A stretch of 64,000 nt of DNA from Heterodontus francisci (taxonomy: Eukaryota): assembly GCF_036365525.1 (NCBI RefSeq), contig NC_090395.1, positions 36,864,155-36,928,154 on the forward strand. Direction: 5' to 3'. This document shows, piece by piece, positions 56,403-64,000 of the stretch; within the stretch, counting starts at the first letter, position 1, and every line of letters begins with the position of its first letter. The translations under genes were made by a program, and so were the position numbers. Under the pieces are notes generated by a model, which had not been told where the DNA came from, made no database searches, and saw nothing but the letters and a program-made list of their open reading frames with translations.

Positions 56403-57241
56403 ACCAGGAGTCAATGGTTTCAGCAGTGGAGGGGAGAAATTCCTTTTTCATGTGTTTGGCTCTTGTTTTTTGCTTCCTGAATTGGGTGTTAAATGCTGGA
56501 TTTGTCCCAAGTAAAACAGAGGTGTTGTAAACCTCCAATAAAATTCTTGCTTGAATTTGTTTCATATGTGTCTTAAATCCTTTAAATACATGCTTTAAAA
56601 GTGTTTGCACAGACAAATTTCCATTCCATCAGCTGGAAATACTGTTGAAATTTTCCTTTTACTTTTCAACATGTTTTGTTTGTGCCTAATCAGACACCAC
56701 ACAACATTTTTTGTTAAATGGCTGTCTGCAAAGCAGCCAGTACAGAAATACAGGCGTGTCAGTCACTGCACAACAACAAATTGTTTGTGATTGACAGATC
56801 ATAATCTGTTGGAGGTACTAACTATTTAAAGGAAACATATGTTGCAAACTTGAAAAATGTATATTATCTTCAGCTGTCTGGAGGGTTTTTTAAAAGCTAT
56901 GTATAGTGTTATAACATGTTGAGCCTGTTGCAGCTGCTTCAAACAAGGTGATACATAGCTTTGAGAGAACATGTGGATACACTTCTGTAAGCATTTTTAA
57001 AATGTGGTGTGATGAAGTCACAGGAATGGGCCTCTGTTTTAATTTAAAATGATACAAGAGCATGTGTGTGTAGGTTAATTTGCCACTTTTATAAATAGTG
57101 AAAGAACAGACAATATTTCAATCTAAGAGGTAAAAATAATCCTGTCTCTAAAGGATCAGTTCATTGCCAAAACCCAGTTTCATTGACATTTAATTGTTGC
57201 AGGGAAACATGTTCTAAAATTATATGTTTGTATCTCATCAG

Positions 57242-57476
57242 GTCTATGAATGTTTTTTACCGGGGCTTTGACCAGTTTGCGTTTGTGCCAGCAATGCACA
57301 CGTCAAAGATATGACTCAAGAGTCAGATTGCTGAGGAAGTGGGTAGTAGGTCATGGAAAAGCTACAGGATGCGTCATCAGATTCTAAGGAGGAGGGGGAT
57401 GATTGGGTGGATTCAAAGACCACAGAATATGAAACTCTGGGACCAGTTACTGAAATAGCTTCCAGTAGTCAAAAAG
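57242..57476 (+). other. Probable host-gene exon containing the start codon
   Basis: Acceptor TGTTTGTATCTCATCAG| and donor AAAG|GTAAT in unique sequence. All three frames are closed upstream of GTCATGG at 57353. Confidence 0.6.
57353..57476 (+). CDS. N-terminal 41 codons of an unidentified host protein (MEKLQDASSDSKEEGDDWVDSKTTEYETLGPVTEIASSSQK, phase-1 intron)
   Basis: Good Kozak context (gtcATGG), in-frame upstream stops, acidic Ser/Thr-rich composition and a consensus donor. Confidence 0.55.
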
Positions 57477-57889
57477 GTAATCAATTAATGTGTGTTGCAT
57501 TTAAAAAAACAAGTATTATAGCTATTGTATCATTTATACGTATTGCTGTAGCTTTGTAAGTAGCTTTTGCTTGCTAGTTATCTGAATACCTTAGGGAATC
57601 TTACATAAATCATTTAGATAAGACTGAGTATAGTACAGTTTTCTTGCAGTTTAGAATATTTGTTCTTTGATACTGCCTGTCCTAGGAATATGGTATTTAT
57701 TGTCCTGTTTATATGTAACTATCTATCTAAGAAAATGGAAGCGCATTCGCTTTATTGATAACTACTAATTTTGCAGGTAAATTTCCTGCCATTTCGATTT
57801 TGGTGTTTTTATATTGAGATTGATCTGACAAAAATAAGTTTTGTGGTTATAAAATTTTTTGAATGATAACACCAAAAGGAATTCATGGG

Positions 57890-58393
57890 GTAAAAAATAA
57901 GAAATGCTGGAAATACTCAGCAGGTCTGGCAGCATCTGTGGAGAGAGAAGCAGAGTTAACACTTCAGGTCAGTGAACCTTCTTCAGAACTGGCAAATATT
58001 AGAAATGTGAAAGGGTATAAGCAAGTAAAGCAGGGGTGCAGCAAGAGATAACAAAGGAGAAGGTGTAGATAGGACAAAGTCACAGAATAGCTGACCAGAA
58101 GGTCATGGAGCAAAGGCAAATAATATGTTAATAGTGTATTGAAAGACAAAGCATTAGTACAGATAGGGTGCTAACGGACTGAAAATTGAACAGCCGCAAG
58201 TACAAACATGAAAATAAAACAGTGGGTAAGCAAACTGAACAAACTAAGATGAAATAAAATAAACACAAAAAAAAATTAAAAAAGAAAAAAATAACTAAAA
58301 ATAAAAGTAAAATGGGGGGCCCGTCATGCTCTGAAGTTATATTATGCCTAATCGGTAAATGAGATGCTGTTCCTCGAGCTTGCGTTGATGTTC
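57890..58393 (-). mobile_element. Penelope-like element 3' end with pseudo-LTR and degenerate hammerhead
   Basis: 'EHQRKLEEQHLIYRLG...NFRA*' (GIY-YIG C-terminus), then AGTTCTGAAGAAGGTTCACTGACCTGAAGTGTTAACT at ~57955-57990. Confidence 0.85.
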
Positions 58394-59032
58394 GTGGGGC
58401 ATTGAGTTAACATTCTTACTTCACTTTTGGAATTTGGATTAAAATATAACCCATGTTAATTGGTACCAAACTGCAGATTGGGCAGTGTCAGAGCTGTTTC
58501 TTGGTAGAGCAGAATATTGATATAATGTGGCAAAATTGCATGCCTCACATGGAAAAGGTCAAAGATGGTAGCAGGCAAGTAGAAAAATTCCAACTGGTAG
58601 TTTCCTGATGGCTCAAATGTCAAATTTCCACCTTAGTGTTGTAAATACCCAAAAATGGTCTAGGTTCAATTTCTGGTTTTGGCTCAGTTAACTAACTTCA
58701 TCCAGGATCGTAGTTGCCACAACACTTTGTGAAGAGGAAAATCAGCCAGAGCTTCTTCTGATGGCCACTGGATTGCAACTGGAAGTCTGCATGTGTGGAT
58801 GCTGAGTGAATATAAGATTGGGAACAGCTGTGATGTTCTCAGTAATTGGATAACTTTCTGGCGCTCACTGACAAGGCTAGTAGAAGTGCAAAGGCTGCTC
58901 GAATGAAGTACTGTGAATCTGTACTCCAGTGAGGAGAGAAAATGGTTGCTGGACAGAGTAGACAGAGGCTATTCTACCTGGCCTGGGAATGCTTGCTTAT
59001 GACATAAGGTGCCAAAAGTTGTAAAGAAAGGA

Positions 59033-59819
59033 GGAGATGGTGGTGTAGCGGTAATGACACTGAACTAGTAATCCAGAGGCCCAGGCGAATCCCCTGAAGA
59101 CATGGGCCAGAATTTTACCCTGCCCCAGCGGGTCGGATGGTGGCGTGGGGGTGGCGTAAAATTAAGCGGCAGGCTCTGGGAGGCCTACCCGCCCTGATTC
59201 TGCCTCCGAACAAGTTTATGGCGGTCAGGCGGGGGGTGGGAAACGGCCCGCCCGCCCGAGGCCAATCAAGACCTTTAAGTGGCCACTTAAGGGCCCTCGC
59301 CCGCCTCCACGGGTATTTAACCCGTGACACGTGGGTGTGCTGGGGACATGAAAGGCCACCTACCGATAGCTGCCAGTCTTTCCGCACCCCGGGGTGGGAG
59401 GGGGGTGGGGGGTGCATGGCAGTCGGGCACAGGGTGCCCGATTGAGGGCCAACCCGCCTCCCAACCCACCGCCGGGACCAGACACACCCCCCCTCCCCAC
59501 AAAGGACCACTTCAGCCTCACCAGGAATGGACCGATCCCACTGGTGAGGCATGCCCCTACTTATCTTCCCTCCTCAATCCATGGTGTCGCCTGGGCTGCC
59601 AGTGGTGCTGCTGGGACTAAGAGCTGCTGGCCCGCTGATTGGCCGGCAGCTCACTGAGGCGGGATCTCCTCCCACAGGTGGGTGGAAGTCCTGCTCGGGA
59701 CAATTAAAGGACAATTAGGCGGAAGCGGGTTCACCGCGTACTTTCACGTCGGAGTCCGGCTCCCATCCATCCACCGTAAAATTCTGGCATGGGTTCAAAT
59801 CCCACCATGGCAGCTGGTG
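59033..59819 (+). mobile_element. tRNA-derived SINE 5' part (split by the MITE at 59105-59788 and by the CR1; remainder at ~62866-63000)
   Basis: A box TGGTGTAGCGG and B box GGTTCAAATCC; the body resumes after 62865. Confidence 0.75.
59105..59788. mobile_element. Complete Harbinger-type MITE
   Basis: TIRs GGCCAGAATTTTAC / GTAAAATTCTGGC; 3-bp TSD ATG (59102-59104, 59789-59791). Confidence 0.85.
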
Positions 59820-62800
59820 GGAGGTTTGCTGGGAGATTTGCTAGTGCTGTTGGGGGGGCGGGGGCGGGGTTTAAACTAATTTGGCAGGGGGGTGGGATAC
59901 AGAGTGGCAATACAGTAGGGGGTAATATAGAATAGAGAGTGAGTCTGTCTGGAAGGCTGAGCAAATATAGACCTGGTAAGGCACAAGTGAAAAATGCAAG
60001 GTTGGAATGCATCTATTTCAATGCAAGGCATCTTACTAGTAAGGCAGATGAATTGAGGGCGTTGATTAGCAAATGGGATTATGATATTATTGCTATCACA
60101 GAGACATGGTTGAGTGAGGGACAGGACTGGCAGCTCAATATTCCAGGGTATAGAATCTTCAGGTGCGACCGGGGAGGGTATAAAAGAGGGGGTGGCATTG
60201 CACTGTTGATCAAGGAGTCAGTTACTGCAGTAAGGAGGGATGGTATCTTAGAAAGTTCCTCAAATGAGGTCATTTAGGTAGAACTTAAAAACAAAAAGGG
60301 GACAATCACTTGGCTGGGTGTGTACTACAGGCCTCAAAACAGTCAGGAAGAGATAGAGGAGCAGATATGTAGGCAAATCTCAGAGAGGTGTAAAAATAAT
60401 AGGGTAGTAATAGTAGGGGATTTCAACTTCCCCAGTATTAACTGAGATAGTCTTAGCACAAAAGGCTTAAAGGGGGCGGAATTCTTAAAATGCATACAGG
60501 AGAGCTTTTTGAGCCAGTATGTCGAAAGTCTTGCAAGAGAAGTGGCAGTACTGGACCTAATCCTAGGGAATGAAGGCGGTCAAGTGGTAGAAGTGTCAGT
60601 GGGAGAGCATTTCGGGGATAGTGACCATAACTCTGTAAAATTTAAGGTAGTTATGGAAAAGGACAAAGATGGACCAGAAATAAAGGTACTGAATTGGGGG
60701 AAAGCCAATTTCAATATGATAAAACAGAATCTGGCCAAAGTGGACTGGGAGCAGCTACTTGTAGGAAAGTCTACATCAGACCAGTGGGAGACATTCAAAG
60801 AGGAAATTGTGAGAGTTCAGAGCCAACATGTACCCATTAAGGTGAAGGGTAGGACTAACAGGCCCAGGGAACCCTGGATGTCAAGGGATATAGAGGATTG
60901 GATCAGGAAAAAAAAGGAGGCTTATGGCAGATCCCAAGCGCTGAAAACATCGGAGGCACTAGAGGAGTATAGAGAGTGTAGGGTGGCACTTAAAAAAGTA
61001 ATTAGGAGAGCGAAGAGGGGACATGAAAAAACACTGGCAGGCAACATAAAGGAAAATCTTAAGGTGTTTTATAAATATATTAAAGGTAAGAGGATAACCA
61101 GGGAAAGAGTAGGGTCCATTAGGGACCAACGTGGCAATCTTTGTGTGGAGCCGGAGGACATAGATGAGGTTTTAAGTGATTACTTTTCATTAGTGTTCAT
61201 TATGGAGAAGGACGTTGTAGGTGTAGAGATCAGGGAGGGAGATTGTGATATACTTGAACATATTAGCATTCAAAGGGAGGAAGTATTAGCTGTTTTAGCA
61301 AGCTTAAAAGTGGATAAATCCTCAGGCCCAGATGAGATGTATCCCAGGCTGATATGTGAGGTAAGGGAGGAGACAGAAGGGGTTCTGACACAAATTTTCA
61401 AATCCTCTCTAGCCACAGGAGAGCTACCAGAGGACAGCGAATGTGGTACCATTATTCAAGAAGGGTAGCACGGATAAACCAGGTAATTACAGGCCAGGGA
61501 GTCTAACATCAGTGGTTGGGAAAATATTGGAAAAAATTCTGAGGGACAGGATTAATCTCCACTTGGAGAGGCAGGAATTAATCAAGGATAGTCAGCATGG
61601 CTTTGTCAGGGGGAGATCGTGTCTAACTAACTTGATTGAATTTTTCGAGGAGGTGACTAGATGTGTAGATGAGGGTAACACAGTTAATGTAGTCTACATG
61701 GACTTCAGTAAGGCTTTTGATAAGGTCCCACATGGGAGATTGGTTAAGAAGGTAAGAGCCCATGGGATCCAGGGCAATTTGGCAAATTGGATCCAAAATT
61801 GGCTTAGTGGCAGGAGGCAGAGGGTGATGGTGGAGGGCTGTTTTTGCGATTGGAAGCCTGTGACCAGTGGTGTACCACAGGGATTGGTGCTGGGACCCTT
61901 GCTGTTTGTAGTGTACATTAATGATTTAGACGTGAATATAGGAGGTATGATCAGTAAGTTCACAGATGACATGAAAATTGGTGGTGTTGTAAATAGTGAG
62001 GAGGAAATCCTTAGATTACAGGGAGATATAGATGGGCGGAGCAGTGGCAAATGGAATTTAATCCTGAAAAGTGTGAGGTAAAGCATTTTGGGAGGACTAA
62101 CAAGGCAAGGGAATATACAATGGATGGTAGGGCCCTAGGAAGTACAGAAGGTCAGAGGTACCTTGGTGTACATGTCCATAGATCACTGAAGGCAGCAGCA
62201 CAGGTAGATAAGGTGGTCAGGAAGGCATATGGGATACTTGCCTTTATTAGCTGAGGCATAGAATATAAGAGCAGGGCGGTTATGATGGAGCTGTATATAA
62301 CGCTGGTTAGGCCACAGCTAGAGTACTGTGTACAGTTCTGGTCACCACACTATAGGAAGGATGTGATTGCACTGGACAGGGTGCAGAGGAGATTCACCAG
62401 GATGTTACCTGGGCTGGAGCATTTCAGTTATGAAGAGAGACTGAAAAGGCTAGGGTTGTTTTCCTTGGAGCAGAGAAGGCTGAGGGGGGACATGATTGAG
62501 GTGTACAAGATTATGAGGGGCATTGATAGATTAGATAGGAAGAAACTTTTTCTCTTAGCGCAGGGGTCAAGAACTAGGGGGCATAGATCTAGGGTAAGGG
62601 GCAGGAGGTGTAGAGGGGATTTGAGGAAAAATGTTTTCACCCAGCGGGTGGTTGGAATCTGGAACGCACTGCCTGATGTGGTGGTGGAGGCAGGAACCCT
62701 CACAACATTTAAGAAGTATTTAGATGAGCGCTTGAAACGCCATAGCATACAAAGCTACAGGCCAAGTGCAGGAATATGGGATTAGAATAGTTGGGTGCTA

Positions 62801-62865
62801 GATAGCTGGCACAGACACGATGGGCTGAAGGGCCTGTTTCTGTGCTGTATAACGCTATGACTCTA
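59820..62865 (+). mobile_element. CR1/HER1-like LINE (ORF1 tail + near-complete ORF2), same family as 287-4245
   Basis: ORFs 59939-60277, 60509-61468, 61443-62081 and 62282-62785 carry EN and RT motifs nearly identical to the copy at 287-4245. Confidence 0.95.
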
Positions 62866-63004
62866 AATCAGGAATTGAAAACTAGTCTCAGTAATGGTGC
62901 TGTGAAACTATCATCATTGTCGTAAAAACCCATCTGATTTATGAATGTCTTTTAGGGAACGAAATCTGCTGTCCTTACCTGGTCTGGTCTGGTCTACATT
63001 CAAA

Positions 63005-64000
63005 CATACAAATTATGAGCAGGAGTAGGACGCTTGGTCCCTCGGGTCTGCTCCACCATTCAACAAGATCATGGCTGATCTAATTGTAACCTCAACTCCA
63101 CATTCCCGCCTACCCTCAATCATCTTTCACCCCCTTGCTTATCATAAATCTCTCTACCTGTGCCTTCAAAATATTCAAAGACTCTGCTTCCACTGCCTTT
63201 TGAGGAAGAGAGTTCCAAAGACTCATGACTCTCTGAGAGAAAAAATTTCTCCTCATCTCTGTCTTAAATGGGCGACCCCTTATTTTTAAACAGTGACCCC
63301 TACCTGATTCTAGATTCTCCCACAAGAGGAAACATCCTTTCCACATCCAACCTGTTAAGACCCCTCAGAATCTTATATGTTTCAATCAAGTCACCCCTTA
63401 CTCTTCTGAACTCCAGCAGATACAAGCCTAGACTATCCAACTTTTCCTCAAAAGACAACCTGCCCATTCCAGGTATTAGTCTAGTAAACCTTCTCTGAAT
63501 TGCTTCCATTGCATTTACATCCTTAAGTAAGGCGACCAATACTGTTCACAGTACTCCAGATGTGGTCTCACCAATGCCCTGTATAACTGAAGCATAACCT
63601 CCCTACTCTTGTATTCAATTCCCTCACAATAAACAATAACATTCTATTAGCTTTCCTAATTACGTGCTGTACCTGCATACTAACCTTTTGCGATTCATGC
63701 ACTAGGACACCCAGATCCCTCTGCATCTCAGAGCTCTGCAATCTCTCACCATTTTGATAATATGCTTTTTTATTCTTCCTGCCAAAATGGACAATTTTCC
63801 CACATTATACTCCATTTACCAGATCTTTGCCCACTCACTTAACCTATCTATATTCCTTTGTAGCCTCCTTATGTCCTCTTCACAACTTGTTTTCCTACCT
63901 ATCTTCGTGTCATCAGCAAATTTAACAACCATACCTTCAGTCTCTTCATCCAAGTCATTTATATATGTAAAAAGTTGTGGCCCCAGCAATGATCCCTGCA
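63005..64000 (-). mobile_element. CR1 3' fragment running off the window
   Basis: 'RRFTRLIPGM...RRVRGDLIETYKIL', 'RRNFFSQRV' and FADD near 63915. Confidence 0.9.

Overview
Repeat-dense eukaryotic genomic DNA, almost certainly from a cartilaginous fish (shark). The evidence is HE1/V-SINE-type SINEs, Deu-domain SINEs and many CR1/HER1-like LINEs. Most of the window is nested transposon debris: CR1, RTE, L2 and Penelope-like retroelements, Gmr1-like (SCAN-type capsid) Gypsy LTR elements and solo LTRs, and PIF/Harbinger transposons with their MITEs. The host-gene signal is a CpG-island promoter at ~20.4-21.2 kb (CRE, ETS, CCAAT and GC boxes; possibly bidirectional). It is followed by a 4.2-kb C-rich/G-rich minisatellite, a cluster of RFX X-box-like motifs, a long TE-filled intron and a probable first coding exon at 57242-57476; I could not identify the gene. 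The most notable items are: minimal hammerhead-ribozyme motifs in Penelope pseudo-LTR fragments; a twice-present, inverted ~1.2-kb cassette carrying decayed C2H2 zinc fingers with no recognisable TE ends; integrase/RT-deleted Gmr1-like elements, one of them apparently chimeric; and the promoter-proximal G4/i-motif satellite with a ~1-kb higher-order duplication. Everything was read by eye. No database search was run, so family names are recognitions from motifs and boundaries are approximate unless a TSD is quoted.
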